Shown here: positions 1-14,700 of the stretch, in pieces
Numbering within the stretch: position 1 is the stretch's first letter
Layout: every line of letters starts with the position of its first letter
DNA from: Tubiluchus corallicola
Taxonomy: Eukaryota; Animalia; Priapulida
Length of the DNA: 64,000 bases
Assembly: GCA_030141605.1 (NCBI GenBank)
Contig: JAQGDQ010000003.1
Location: 1,364,001-1,428,000, forward strand
Reading direction: 5' to 3'
Notes under the pieces: model-generated
Database searches by the model: none
The model's input: the letters and a program-made list of their open reading frames with translations, nothing else
What the model was told of the DNA's origin: nothing
Program-made: the position numbers and the translations under genes

Positions 1-3000
1 TAGATGATGAATATGTTATAACGGGTAGCGAAGATAGTACAGTAGCTATACATGATCGACGTGCTGATAAGCAGCTTGACTCAATAGCGGTACCTTTCTT
101 TATCAATTATTTACTCAATAAAAGTAATGAGTATGCATTTACCTACTGATGCACAAACATTCTTGCAATAATTGTAAAAGGCAAGCTTCATAAATTCATA
201 TACAGTATTAGACTCACTTTGGGACCGAAGTGTTTTGACTCAATTAACCGACTGAACCTATTAACCGATATGTGTAGTATTACTGGTATAGAAGTATGAG
301 TCACCAGCTTAGTATGCACTGCAAAGGTTTTTAATGAATTTTAGAAACAAAGTAATGCCTAAATACGTTTGTGCAGTTAAAAATTAAAAAATGTATTTTA
401 AAATATTAATTTATATAAATGAATTAGCGATAAATTAAAAAGTATGCTTTTCTAAATCACACAAGTCTATTTGTTTGCAAAAATTACAAAAATTCCTTCA
501 AAGTTGGCTGCTTCATTCCACCGTGAAGAAGTTGGCTCACAAAGTTCTCATAATGATAAAAACCTTGAAAAACTGTTGTTGTATGATGCACAAATTGTGA
601 CGTACTTACTGTACTGTACCTGCGTCCCTGGCATAACAGCAACATCTAACTGATTAAACTTTCTTGCAAAGACAGCTAGAGCTTCAAAAGCAAACTGCTA
701 AGCAAATGATTAAATGTTTAACTTCCAGGAATTCTAGGTAAATTGCAGTGGACGGGCGGGTCAAAACAAACCATTAGGTTAGCATATTAGCGAATGATAA
801 ACGTTCCTGTTTACAAACAAAACCTTACTTAACATGATTGTTTCTATGTATATTATAAAACGAAAGCGAACTAAGGTGATATAAAAGTCATAATTAAAAA
901 GCTTATTAGTCACACCAAAGCATGTGAAGCAAAAATATTGAGTCAATTATGCAGACATTACCGACAGTTTTTATGTACATTTGAATAGAAGCGGCCCGTA
1001 CCAGGCGTTTTTCAGTCAGTTAAGCGATTGAGTCTATTAAGCAGCGCCTACTATACTAGAATACATTCTTCTTAAAAATATGCTTAGCTTTTTGTAATTA
1101 GGTTCACAGGTTTCACAGTCATACCTTTGTCCTGAGTTAAAGCTTTCCTTATCAGAAATAAAAGTTTGTTATACAAATAGGAAGAGTCACAGTGCCACAG
1201 AGTTCTTAGTGCCCGAACTTAACTACCAGAAAAATTGTTGCTTTATGCTTTTTCTGCTATTCTGCTTTTGTTGGCTTAGTAATTATCTTTAGTAATTAGG
1301 GCAGTTTCGTCCTCAAATGCATTAAGTAAATGAGACCATGAGCTCTCGGTATCTGCTGTAGTGTCTTGAAGTGGGCAGTAAAGACTTAGACCTCTTGCCT
1401 GCAATTCAGCTGTTATTGTGGATTTAGTGCTTTACTTAAAATACATTTACCTCGTAGGAGACAGGCTGAGACAGTTCATTGACTCAGCTTACAGGAATGT
1501 CATGGGTACTGGATCAGGCTGTGGTCACAAACATCTCTTTGAACAGCCCTGCCTCTGGGTGCTTTTTGTCATACATTGTGCCAAAGTGTATAAAAAAGAA
1601 AAAATACAATATTACCTTATACAGTGTAATGCAGTATTAGTTTCTCAGTTGTTTAACATTAAAGCTGTACGAAAGTATTCTATATTTATACGTTAGCTGA
1701 TTTTGTAATTTGCTGTTGTTGTCGAAAAATTTAATCATGCAATGTATTATAGCATGGCTTCTAGTGATTTTGTTTTCACGTAAATTTTCTTTGTGTAGTG
1801 TATACATTTATTACTGTACAGCACACAGCATTGTTGTGCTTAAGTGTTTATATATTTGCTACATGCATTTGATCTGTCATAGGTTTATTATTGTATTAAA
1901 TTTGTGACTGTGGCCGGTTTGTGGCTGAGTGATGACATTCCTGAACTTCATGGTAGTGGCATTTTATTTAGTTCTATGTTCACTCCAAGTGGTATCATGT
2001 GCAAACCTATCATGTATTTACTTAGTAGTGGGAGCAGGGTAACACCATTCCAGACTGTTTATATCCTGCACCCATTAGGGAAATGGAACAATAACACTTC
2101 TTCATTATTTATGTAAAATATGCAGTTATTATCACCATTGTATAAAAAATGTCAGTATTGACCCAACTCCTGTATTGTGATGTGCCTGATAATGCATCAG
2201 TATCAACCTGTTAGTTTTTTTGGTTCTGGTGAGGTGTATTTTACCTGCTTTTAGTAAATTTGCCTAATTTAATAAACCATTTGTATGTAACTGGCAATTA
2301 TAAAATTTGTATTGAAGTTTTAAAGGTAAACATCGTTAAATCAAGAATTCATTTATAAATAAATTTCCAATATTGTTTCTCTTGCAGTTTATTCTCATTT
2401 CGCTTGTTTTTTATAACTTTCAGTATTTTTCAGCTGCCTACTTATGTGATGTCAATGTGTTACAAACTAGGACATTTATGGATTGGTGACAGAAAAGGAT
2501 TTGTGCATTTATTACAACCAAAAACCTTTGAACTTTTTAAGGTACTTGCTAGGTAATCATATGTAACCAACAAAATATTTAACTTCTCAGCATAACCTCA
2601 TATGCCTTTTAGAAGTTCATTCGCTGAAAATAATGTAAAAAGTAGCATAGAAATCTAAAACTGGAAAATTGCCAAAAGCCGAACGGTGTGACAATTTTAT
2701 CCAAAAATACTAATTTTTGGTAGTTACTGTAATCTGTTAGTTACTGTAATTAGGATTATCTGATGCCAAATGGAAAAATTGGAGTACAATGGAAAGCATA
2801 GGCTCCAATACATGCGTTTGTTCTTACTGTTGCAGACTTACGATGTAGGGCACAAGAATAAAATTACTGGCATTCAATTTTCTATGGGAAGTTTAATTAC
2901 ATGCTCAGCCGACCGTACAATCCGAATTTCAGAGCCAACAGATAATCCAAGAACCATCCATACAGTAACAAGTGGGCACTTCATCAGTGAAATTTCGTCA

Positions 3001-3783
3001 GTAAGTTTATAACTTGCATTTTCTTCATATGTTTAACAACCTTTTTGACTAAAATACAGTGATGTAGTCGAGTGTTTGCTGTTCGAATCTGAGTCAAAGT
3101 GCTTTAGATTGTAGTTTGAAAAAGAAACATAGTTCATCGTAATACATTATTTTTTCTTATAACGCATCACCTTAATATAGCTATTTTTATCTAACTAAAT
3201 AGTGGAAAAAATGTTAAAATAATTATACTGAATTTCTGAACTAACTTTCGTGATTCTAGCACTACTGAAAATAATTTATGGGGTGCGTGATAATAACATC
3301 GCAAGTAGCAAAACGGGGAACCATAGAAAAAAATTATTTTTACAATAGTTTATAGGAGTACTGTGTAGGTTTCTTCTGACCATCCAATAGTGGCACCTAA
3401 CAGACAGCCTACATTTTAGGTCACTTTCTGAATGCCAGTTATAGAGCAAATTGCAGTTATAAAGCAGGTTGCTCAATTTATGAGCACCCGCTTATAAATT
3501 ATTATCGCTTTCTATTAAAGTGTCACATCAAAAATCATCACTTGTGATTTAATGGGTCATAGATTAGTCTGTAGAGAACCTGTATTTAAAGAGAAGGTCA
3601 CATTAGAAGAACTCGTGTTAGTAGTAAACATACGATAAATAGCTTTTTATTTGTAAAAGTTCCTACGGGCATTAATTTTTTTTTAATAATGTATAATATA
3701 TTTAGATTGACTTTCAAAATGATGTGTTAGTCAGTGGAGAAGGTGATGCGGCAGTGGATGTCTGGATTCCAGCTGACAGGTGA
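1..3783 (+). CDS. FBXW9: F-box/WD repeat protein 9-like, 3' part (last 4 exons; 5' end outside window)
   Basis: Exons 1-89 (DDEYVITGSEDSTVAIHDRRADKQLDSIA), 2434-2541 (LPTYVMSMCYKLGHLWIGDRKGFVHLL...), 2836-3000 (TYDVGHKNKITGIQFSMGSLITCSADRTIRISEPTDNPRTI...) and 3706-3783 (IDFQNDVLVSGEGDAAVDVWIPADR*). All junctions are phase-0 GT-AG. WD40 blades; the DVGH..ITGIQ.S.G.L.T.S.D.TIR...PTD.PRTI segment matches the FBXW9 C-terminus as I recall it. Confidence 0.88.
203..1054. mobile_element. Decayed pogo-like non-autonomous element
   Basis: Begins TA-CAGTATTAGACTC. TTAACCGA motifs at 243-270 are mirrored by TTAAGCG/TATTAAGC motifs at 1018-1045. Ends are imperfect. Confidence 0.35.
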
Positions 3784-4141
3784 ACTTGGTAATCCTCTGC
3801 TGTCCTCCAGTTTCCTCATATATAGTTTACCGTAGTATGTAATATACAAGTGACTGAAACATTCGAAAATGTTATTTTTTGTCAAGAAATAAGTTTTTAT
3901 CTTATTGTGCACATTTTTTATCTCAGAAACAGCTATCTAACAGGCATTGGTTTCTGAGTTAATATTGCTAATTTAAACGATGCAGAAGCCATCGATCACA
4001 TATAACATTGATGAAACTGTTTTCACATAGCTGATAATGAGGACGTCAAGAACGCTACAAGATTGTCACAAAACAGCTTGTCTGTCAAGGCTGCTGTTTG
4101 ACTAGTAGTAGTAGAAGTTTTCAGAACCTTTCAGTCAGTTA

Positions 4142-4619
4142 CAGTGTTCCCTCACTTATCGCGGGTGTTCCGTTCCAGGTCCACCCGCGATAAGTGAATT
4201 TCTGCGAAGTAGGGACGCTATACTTATTTTAGTAGTTATGCATTATTTTGAATCTTTATAATCCCATCTCAAGCGGGCGCAAGTACTACAATTCGTTTTT
4301 GGTGTGTATTCATCCGCTGAATAAATACACTATAAACTGTAAATGGCAATTTTTTATGATTTATAATATTCTTTTAATTTAGAATTAATATTTTTAATAT
4401 ATTTTTATGCATTTTGTGATTTTTGATGCAAAATTCATCAAATCTATACATTACTGTACAATACGTACTACGCATGTGCAAAAATGCTTTAGGCGGTGTA
4501 CCGCAAAAACTCGCTAAACAGCGAAAATACCGCAATAAATATTTTACGTTAATATTTTTGAAAACCTGGGAAACAGCGAGTCCGCAATAAATGAACTGCG
4601 AAGTAGCGAGGGAACACTG
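4142..4619. mobile_element. Tigger/pogo-type MITE
   Basis: Terminal inverted repeats CAGTGTTCCCTC(A/G)CT ... AGCGAGGGAACACTG, flanked by TA at 4140-4141 and 4620-4621 (Tc1/mariner-pogo TSD). Internal CCGCGA/GCGAA subterminal motifs; no ORF. Confidence 0.85.
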
Positions 4620-6395
4620 TATTTTGAAAACACTTATCATTGTAAATGTATTACTATTAGCTTTTTTATCAATTTTTACATTTATGTGCTCAGCAAGCAG
4701 TCCAAACTCAAGGTTTTAAACTCACATGACAACCCCATAAGCTCTTGGGGATGCCATGCATTGTAACGACTTTCTTCAGATTAGCTAAACCCACTTTAGT
4801 GACCAAACATTTGAATTGAGTTACTATTTGGACCACATGGATCACATCGTGCCTCAAGTTTGTCTACTGTTATGTTAACGACAGGTTCTGTGCAGGTTTG
4901 AATGGCATTTGTTTATTAACACAAACACAATAGCTTTACTTGTATTTCTGCCACTTTTACCTCTGTGTTATGTTGTAATTTATTTTGTATTGCACTTATG
5001 TATGCTGTCTGCATTTTTTCTATATTCATTGTTGTGTTTGTTAGTATAAAAAACGAAAATCTAATCGACTTTCTAACATTTTATTTTTGTGTATCGTCTT
5101 ATATCTTACCACTTTTAGGTCGTAAATTCATGCTTTGATATCTGCGTCATACATTATAAGCATTCCTACCAAATCATTTGACTTCTTGAATTACGGACGA
5201 TTTTGCAATTTATTCTGCAAAATCCTGCACAACAGTAAATAATGTTGATAAAACACGTTAGCCCCTCACACTTTTATTAAATTAAGAGTCCAATGAATTT
5301 GACTTAATAAATAACAAATGCACTTCAATGTACTCCAATCCTGTACAATCTAATATTGTACAGAAAAATTATAGACAATTTTTTTGTAAAAATATAGTGG
5401 TTTACATATAATATGCCACATAGCCAGGGAGTACAGTAGCATCCATAACAGTAAAGTAGAATATATCCACAGATAGTAAATCCAGCCGCTTATTGTGGCC
5501 ACTATGGCTGCAACGGAACTACACAATGCTGTAACATAGTAAAATCTGTCATTTATTAAATCCAAACTTCGCTTTATAAATCCACCTTGTAAATACAACA
5601 AAACTGTGAGGATAAGGCCGTGTGACTGTCTTGCATTTTTTTAACTTGGCAAACAGCTTATCACATATAAAGAGTTATGATATAGATAAGCAATACATAA
5701 TTTACTCAAGTTGCTGTAACTATACAAGCAGTAATAAATTATTGCAGTCCACTTAAAAACTTTTTGCGAGCTGTTTACTGAGTGTTAAGAGTATTGGCCT
5801 CATAAATAAATATGCATTGTAATAACGTAGAAAACGGCACTTAATACGTCTCTTCGGTTTATAAATCCAGTTGCTTAATAAATCCGTTTAGCTTCGCGCC
5901 AATGTTGGTATACTGTACATTGGAAAGACAGGTTATAGGTAAAAGTCCTGTAGCTACAATGAATTTAATGGGTAACTATGAAACGAAAGTAAATAGTAAA
6001 GATATCAATTTACAAGTACAGTGTAAAAGTTTATTTCTGCCAAGTTTACATGTGACATGTTACAAATTAAATACATTAATAATACAATAATAAAAACATC
6101 ACAAATGTTGGAAACATTCTTTTGGAGTTTACAAATAAAGCAGGTTGAAAGAAGAACTAAAATGTGAACCAGATGTTCATGCCTAACATATCTACAGCAC
6201 TAAAGTGTTTATCTTCCTCGAGGTTGAAAACGGGCTTGCTATAGAGGCACGGTGTGCTACAGTGGAAACTATGATCATAAAGCATCTAAATCCTCTGGTA
6301 TAAATGTGCTTATACCATCTGCCGAACATTTGTAGTACATGTAGTAACTAATGACAAAAACGTGAACATTGAACACAGCAAGGTATGTATGAATT

Positions 6396-9300
6396 TCAAC
6401 TTGATGCAACTGCTTCTTCAGTGCCATATTTGTGCTTCATTTTTCTAGAAATGTAGTTCCAATACTCGACTCGTATTGTATCAAATTCATTTGCTAGAAC
6501 CGTGCACAGCTGAAAACAATAAAACAAATCTGTTACATGTTAGTCTTATATCAGTGTATCACTAAAAAAATATTAACGAATCTAACAGAAAGATCCTTAT
6601 ACTTCGCTGGGAGTTGTTGAGAAGTCTAAATATACTATCAAGTTATGCTGTAACTATATTAATAATGTGAATCATTTTACTATCATCATTATTACTATCT
6701 TAGAGAGTTAGACTCTCAAGACACATCAGTCTACACTACAGAAAACATGTTGTCTAGCATGTTGTTTATGTACAAAACTTGCTTGCTCGGTTCGTATCAG
6801 TGGTGGAGTCGTAAAGTCATTCAAATACAATGCTGCTTTAGACATACCGTCTCAGTTGAATTCTAAAACATTAGATCATTAATTCATAATAATGTGTCTA
6901 TTGCTGCAATTGTAAAAACCACTAGTAAGGACAGGTGTTATCTTATCTTGTATGGATGCATGTCCTTTTTACACAAACTAAACATCCTTTATACGAAATT
7001 TAACAAAGAAATATGTTACTTTATAGTCACTTATTCATGTTACCCTAATGGCCTTCCTAAGTATCTCCTCTGAATTCTTGCAGTTCTGTTCCAACATGTC
7101 CTCATATATTTCCCTCATGAATGACAGAAGATATGGTGAGCGAATGTCCTCATCATACATTTGCTGGCAAAACTCTAGCAGCGATGGATATTCACTCAAA
7201 ATTTTTTCTGATAAAACTCTGAAATAAGAGAGATATTAAACTAGTCAAAGTTCCTTCTGTTAGTAAGAGAATATTTTAAATTTCCCAATTCACTAGCTAA
7301 AAGTTTTTCTAAAATCGTAAGTATGACCTTTTTGTCATAAATTGTTTCAATGTGTAACTTGCATTGAAGTACAGTTTTCTATAGTATGAAACTCCATTAA
7401 GAGAATCAAACAAAAGGTAAGCAAGTACCTTAATTTCCTTGCATTACATTATTTTTTTAATTAAGCTTTGAAACCCTTGTGTTATATGCTGAAGATGATC
7501 TTTGGAAAATGGCAATAAAAATATGTAATAATCAAGAATTTCAACTACATTCAATTTCACTTATCCAAGAGTAAAATTCATGAGAGTTTCAACTAAGGTG
7601 CACATTTATAGCACGTAACCTGTAGTACCAACCCGTAACTTGAAATATTATAATTTTTTTATGCACTAATAAGACCTTTCTGCAACATTCGAAAGGCTGT
7701 AGACTGTAGAGGATATAAACAACGACCTCAACAAGGTAAATACCTGCTCACTCACATGAAACGTTATTGTTTCATAATAACTGCTTAATAGCTCAGTAAA
7801 GCTGACAAAATATCGCTGTTTTGTTTATGATTTTCAAAATGAATGACTATTTTGCTGTGACAGCATCTTAGGCAGTTTCCTGAATAAAACTGAAGATTTT
7901 GCACAGCATTTACAGTGGCAAGCTTGCAGCCAAAGGCTGGGCAGCAAGTGATGTGTCCACAGAGCGTAATTACTACTCAGTGTGCTTTCACAGAAGAGTG
8001 AGAAAATGCATGCATGTAAATAGTTAGAAAATACTGAATATCAAACCAAATAAATTAATATGTACTATTAACCGGGTTTATTTTATTCACTTGTCAACAT
8101 TAAACTATGTTTCATTTTTCCTAGCTCAAAACAAAACACCTACCTAGAACCTTCTGTCCAGAACCATGCCTAGAAGGCCACACTGTGGCAAAACGATCAC
8201 CTGCTTATTGCTTTAACTAACATCGACATTTAGTCTCAGCACTTGGTCGTGTGAATTCAGTGAATGAGATACAGAAAGCTTTACTCACTATGTATATTAA
8301 TGAACTCACATGCTAATTTTTAATTTATCTGACTGGAGAGTAATAAATTTAAGGCACGGATTTAAGACACACCAACTGTGCATGAAAATAAGATGAAGTG
8401 CCAATTTCTGTCTTTCAGCTTATCTGACTGGATACTAACTTGTCACCACAAAATACTGACTCTGAAAAATTTATGATATTTTTATAAATGTAGTCTATGC
8501 CTTGTAACCTGTATGAAAGCGGTTTTAAAATGGCAAGCATGCTTAATTTTGTGTAGTCGTTATACTGCTGCTAAAAATAAAAAGAAAAACAGCCTTTTAA
8601 AGCATTTTTCATAGAACAAAATGTCACGTACTGCAGTAATAACTATGTTCGATCCATGTATGATCGTGAAGGTGAGATGCTGGCTCTGTGATGTAATAAA
8701 AACCAAACCCAAGCAAATAAACCATAACTCACAAATTGTGGCCTATAACCCGTAAATTGAAGCTAACCCATTACATTGTGCATCTTAAGTTATCAATCTA
8801 AAACACACACGTGCCATCATACCCTCGTAGATAATTCCATGATGCTTCATTATTTGGAGCTTTTCTCACCATTTCTTTAGTATACCTACAAAAATGTGCA
8901 AGATTACTAAGTGGTTATTGCAGCATCTACAGAGGTTTCTTTAGTAAGTGCAATAACCAAAATTGTTATAACACACCATATTATTACAAAATACTCCTCC
9001 ATAGTTACATTTGCTATTGTTCCATGCTTGTTCTAAACAAATCCTGCAACACTCAAAATAAAAACTATCTTGGAGCCTAATGCAACAAAAAACTTACTAA
9101 ATTTACAAGATGGAGCATCACACTAGTCAACACCACAGATAATACCAAGATAGTCATCAAACTTCTTGCACTGATTTATTGGAAATTTAACAAAGATTTA
9201 CCAAGCATGACATTGAACCGGGCCAATTCTGAGTTCAGCAAAACTCTGAGAATACATTTTGAATATCGTAAGATACAGTTTAACAAAATAACAAAAAACA

Positions 9301-11723
9301 GACCTAAGTTCTTTCTCTATAACTTCATCTGTAAATTTTGTTGTGTGAGTAATAGTAAAATGACGTTGATTCCACGCAGAGTTATTTCTAACATCTTCTT
9401 TCAACAGTCGATCAATGAATTCTATTTCTTGATCCCACAAATTAAACTCTTTCATTACCCACTGCCTGAAAACAAAAAATGATTTGAAAAGCCCTTCGAT
9501 AATAAAAACAACAAAGAATAAAACCAAATGACGAATTATAATATGCTTTGTTAACAGTGTTGTGAGTTTGTTGTACAGATGATGTAGACATGCACTTTGC
9601 TATTATCATGCTCTATCAGCTAATAGCCACGTCGTCATCACCATCATCATCATCAAAGTATCGATCAATTCACATAACTGAAAAAGCTTATTTTTGAGCA
9701 CTATGATTCATATGTAAAGGAATAAAACATTCACATTAATTACAGTACTCTCAAGAGTCTGTATTCGACTGGATTGGTACTGATATGTTAATGGTTACCA
9801 TTCGCTTTTCTGCAGTACAAGTAACAAATATAAACATCAACTGGTTTTTATAATTGCAATGATCATAAAATTACATTACTGCATGATTAATGACATTTGT
9901 CATTTAGACTTTTGAAACAACAAATTACTCCTCTTGGGTAACTTGTGTCTAGTCAAATATATATGGACAGCTCTGACGGATTCAATTAAAAACTGTCAGT
10001 TCAGTAGTCAGCAGAACCTGCCTGTTTTCAAGCTAATTACAATGCATAGGTTAGGTTTTTTACACAAAATGTGGATGTAGATAATAAACATACCACAAAA
10101 CATGATAACTGGAGCAAATGCCAAAATCAGTATAAACTGACTGGTTTATCTGCAAGATGAACAAATCTTTCAGCTGACCCAGCAATACAAATAAACACTA
10201 AAGAAGATTCCACTCACCTGTGCTGCCAAGCATGATAGTTTTTAGCATCTTGACTAAGGACCACATCTGTAAGCTGCAACTCATTACTTGGATCTCCTAA
10301 CCATTCCACTAATACACGTCTGTGATGCCTGAAAACAGAAAAAGGATCCGACCTGTTAGATTTCTTTTGTTGGATCTATGACAAATCCTAACATGTTAAT
10401 GTCCAATCCAGGATTCATTCTGCAGTGTCCTTTAATAATTTTTTAATTCTTTAATCATTACTTTTTTAATAATAATAATGATCAAAAACATGTTTTGCAG
10501 TTTATGTTGTACAGCAGTATGAGCAATGCACATCGTTAAACTTCATAAAAAATTTGCTAACCATTATTAGACACCCAGAGTCTACAACTCTACAAAACAT
10601 AACTTGCAAAATTCGAGTAACATTGGGTATGCCTACCATACTTGATAATTTTTTGGATTTTCTACAATTATTTCACTGCAGTAGGTTAACTCATCGTGCA
10701 GATCCTTTTTCAATTCTTTCAAAATAATTCGTCTGTAATGCCTGCAGAGAAGCAAATAAAGCACAAACAACAACTCAATTGGTAAGTAGAATAACAGTTC
10801 CATTTAATCAAGAAGAGAAATAGTTCCTAAGTAGAATAGTAGTTCTATAATAAAACAGAAACACAATTTAAACTGTTTACTGCTTTTGACTACTTACAAT
10901 AGCACAGGACAAATTTAAATTCAAACTTAAAAGGAATTTTATTTTATCATGCGCAGTATACAGCTTGAATTTTAAAGTTGCCATTACTTTAGCAAAGCGA
11001 TGAGGCAGTTAACGTGGTAATTATTTGTTATTTAATGCAAATGCAAACAGTGACTTGCAAATTTTTTTTAAGATTTTAAACCTCACAATCTTTCTCTGTG
11101 CAAATGTTTCATAATTTCAACACAGTAATGAAAACTACTGTCATCTTTCTAATAATATTTGTGATTCAAAAGATTTCTGGGAGTCAGAAACTAAATGTCG
11201 TCCTAAATTATACAATGGCAAGACACCAGCTCATTAGAAATGAAGAATTCGTGTTGGCTTACCACACAGTATAGTTTGCAGGATTAAGATCTATTGCGTC
11301 TTCGGTTAGTTCCAAAGCTCGCTCTGATTTCTCATCTAAGCAGAGAACAGCACGGAAGTAATCGTATACATCTTTGACTATAAAAAAATGATCATTTTAA
11401 GTCTAGTATTAAATATCTGTAATTTGCACATAGAATGTTTTACTCTTCTTTTATCGAAGTATTTTACAACACCGATAACCACACGCTGGACATCCAGGAA
11501 TTGTCATCTACAAATTAAATAGAAAACTTAATAGGTACAACCTGGTATACATGTAATGTTCGTATCATAAAACAAACAATTAAATATAAACATGATTTGA
11601 CACATATGTATCAAATTATGGTTGTATTTAATACATATATATATGTGTGTGTGCGTGCGTTTGTGTCTATATATATATTAACCGACACAAACGCACACAC
11701 ACACACACACATATGTATTAAAT

Positions 11724-11757
<34 letters not shown>

Positions 11758-14700
11758 CTATACTGCTTGTTACGGTATGGAAAATCACTAGGATAACTTG
11801 TATGTTTTAGAAATTTGCTGTGATATTTGCCCATTGGCTTTTGCTTTTTTAAAATACTTTTTCTTCTATGAGTTCCATGAACCAGCAATTTATCAAAATA
11901 CTTTTTCAAAGCATTTGTAGAATTTTAACCAAAGTCATAATTTTTTTTACAAACTTTATAAGATTTCTGTTTTACCATCGACAGATTTAAATTTGTATAA
12001 TAATGCTTACAGCAATTCGATTTGTAACAGCGAATGTAATGTTGTACTACAATTTTCTGTTTTACTAACATATTCAACTAATGTATACTCACAGTTTCAG
12101 TGCATATGTTGACTGTAGGCTATTGCATAAAGTTTTTAAATAAGAAAAAATTTCACACTTCTGCAAAAAGCTGCCTGTCTGTGTGTGAATACCAACCTCA
12201 TTTTGAATATTTTCATGTTTTGATAAAATGAAATTTGTACAAATTCTTAATAGGAATGTAGTATTTCACAATGATAGCAGTGACAGTGCAATGAAAATAC
12301 ATTAGGCATGTGACAAATCAGAGTTTGTGTTTTGTGGGATATCTTAGAGGCACATCAGTCTCAGCATATACATGCAAATTGAGTAGACCTTGCCACTGAA
12401 TAGCATAATGCTAGTCCTGACCATTTTAAATAACACTTCTTTTTATTGAACTGCCAATTTGTGCAGAAACTGTATTAATTGATATGTAGGGCTAATACAC
12501 CTAAATCTTAAAACAGATGTGTCAGCATATATGTGCCACCTACTGTGTATCAGCAAAGGAAGTTAAGGCTTCAAATAGATTTGCGTGTACACTTTTAGGT
12601 CCTAGATGCATCCCTATCAAATTAAAGAGGTGCTTCCTTGGGTAAAACTTTAAACTTAGTTGTTTTACAAAATCTAGGTGTGATAAAGAGAGCCTACAAT
12701 AACATTTTTTGCAATCCTCAGTGCAAAATTTAACAATAAGTTAATATAAAAGTTTATGCATTAAACTTCTTTTGTCAGGACTTTCACTGCTACCAGAATC
12801 AAATTCACATGCAGCAGCTGCCATTCTAAGGACGCCCTTTTTAGAATGAAACTGAAAACGAAGTTGAACTGATGTTACTGTGTGAATCACAGACAGGATG
12901 CTATTATTATTTCTTCGTGGATATCCCATGAAGCGATAGTCTTTAATAATAATCAGCAACTCAACTCACCACCAATAAATGGTTTTAGACAATCAGAAAA
13001 TTGATAAAAGTTACGCGTGAAACTCTGGGAAGTACTGTACTACAGTGTACACACTGCCAACACCCCAAATACTCTCTCATAAAGAGTATTTAAACTCAGC
13101 TTCGCTAGGTCTGCTAACTGTATGTGTACGATTTACTCCTACATTGTTTGTGTGTGACAAAACATAATAGCACAGTCAGAACAGTATCGCGGGAGATTTA
13201 AAATGAAAGGAACAGGAATTTCTTTCAAAGCGAGTATGATATGCGATTAACATTGCTATAAACTAATATAATTTTTAAGGCATTTTTTCTGGAAACCACT
13301 TAACATGAAACTTTATGCGAAACTTCATTACATGAAACCAAGACTTCCATAGAAAGTAACGTAAAAGAATTGAGACACGTTCCAGAGGCAAAAATCAATG
13401 CTGCTTAAATCATATAACTTAAACACTTTACGAGTTTTGTTTGTGTTTCTATTGATGAATTTCTTTCTGCTTGCTTGAAACCATCTATATATCTTACTCA
13501 CCATTACCTAACTATAGCGGTTTCTCTTTCGTCAACGTTTAAGCCTGGGTAGCTGTTAAACATTAAACACAGCAGAGTCAATGCCAAGCCCTGCACAACC
13601 TTGGGAAATTTGTCTAGGTAGTTAGTATTGTTGCTGTAGCAACACGTTGCACATATAAAGTTTGCTCACAGGTCTCAATTGATATAAACAGCTAGCATTT
13701 AGTAGTCAGTTGGGAAGCAAAAACATGTAATAATTACACTGTTTACAAATAATTCAATATGTACTGTTTTAATGCATCAAATTAGGTAAAAATGTTGTTG
13801 ATAAAATAAAAAATTGCCTTGAGCAAAGGAAAAAAATCATTGTTAAAATGAAAAGTGCGTCACTAAGTGAAAAAAAGGTGTCAAAAGCAACGTTAAAATG
13901 AAACATCGCTCAATGGGGAGTCACTAAGCGAGGACTTACTGTACTAATATATAAGATTTTTGGCCCTTTATTTCTTTCTTACACCTGAAGATAACTTACA
14001 GCAATAGTTTGACATTATGTGTTTTTCGTTTTTCTCTGTTTTTTGACTATGGAATTTTCAAATTCATGTTTGTTAAGCTCTATCAAATATAGCTATAAAA
14101 CGTTTTAAATAATGAACATTGATTCAGTGTTACAAGAAAAAGGCCTACAAACGTTCAGCAGAAATCTTAAGCACAGATACATATTTGTAATGATTCAATT
14201 GTATTACCCAGTGGAACTAATATGTATCATATATAAGCATAAGTATAAAATATATCCGATAATACAGCTGTATGTGGACACTACAGGCATTCCAGTAACC
14301 GCCACTTCTACATATCACCAACATATGGCTAGCGAACAAACTAGAGATAACTTTTTTTGTTTGCACATGCAACTAGTTAGCACTAAGATAGAGAAAACTA
14401 TGGACAAAAAGCTAGATAGCTTCCCCTGGTATTTCACAGGTAGGTAAGCATCCCTAATACGATATAGATATATCATAGGTATATCAATTGTACTAACGGT
14501 GTGTTTATTTTCAATAGATATTGCTGTCTGTGAACGGCTATCTGTGATTTGAAATTTCTTTTTTAAGTGAAATAAGTAATTGTCTTTGTATTCTATGTCT
14601 TTAATGACACGGCTGTCATGCAGACAGGCCTGACATTACGCTCACGTCAGTTTTCTGACACCATGCCGGGATATATACCAAATTTACCAATCTAGTTCCA

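Noticed and set aside
90-98. U12-type intron donor (GTACCTTTC) in FBXW9
   Set aside because: It does not match GTATCCTT, and no TCCTTAAC branch site is visible near the acceptor at 2433.
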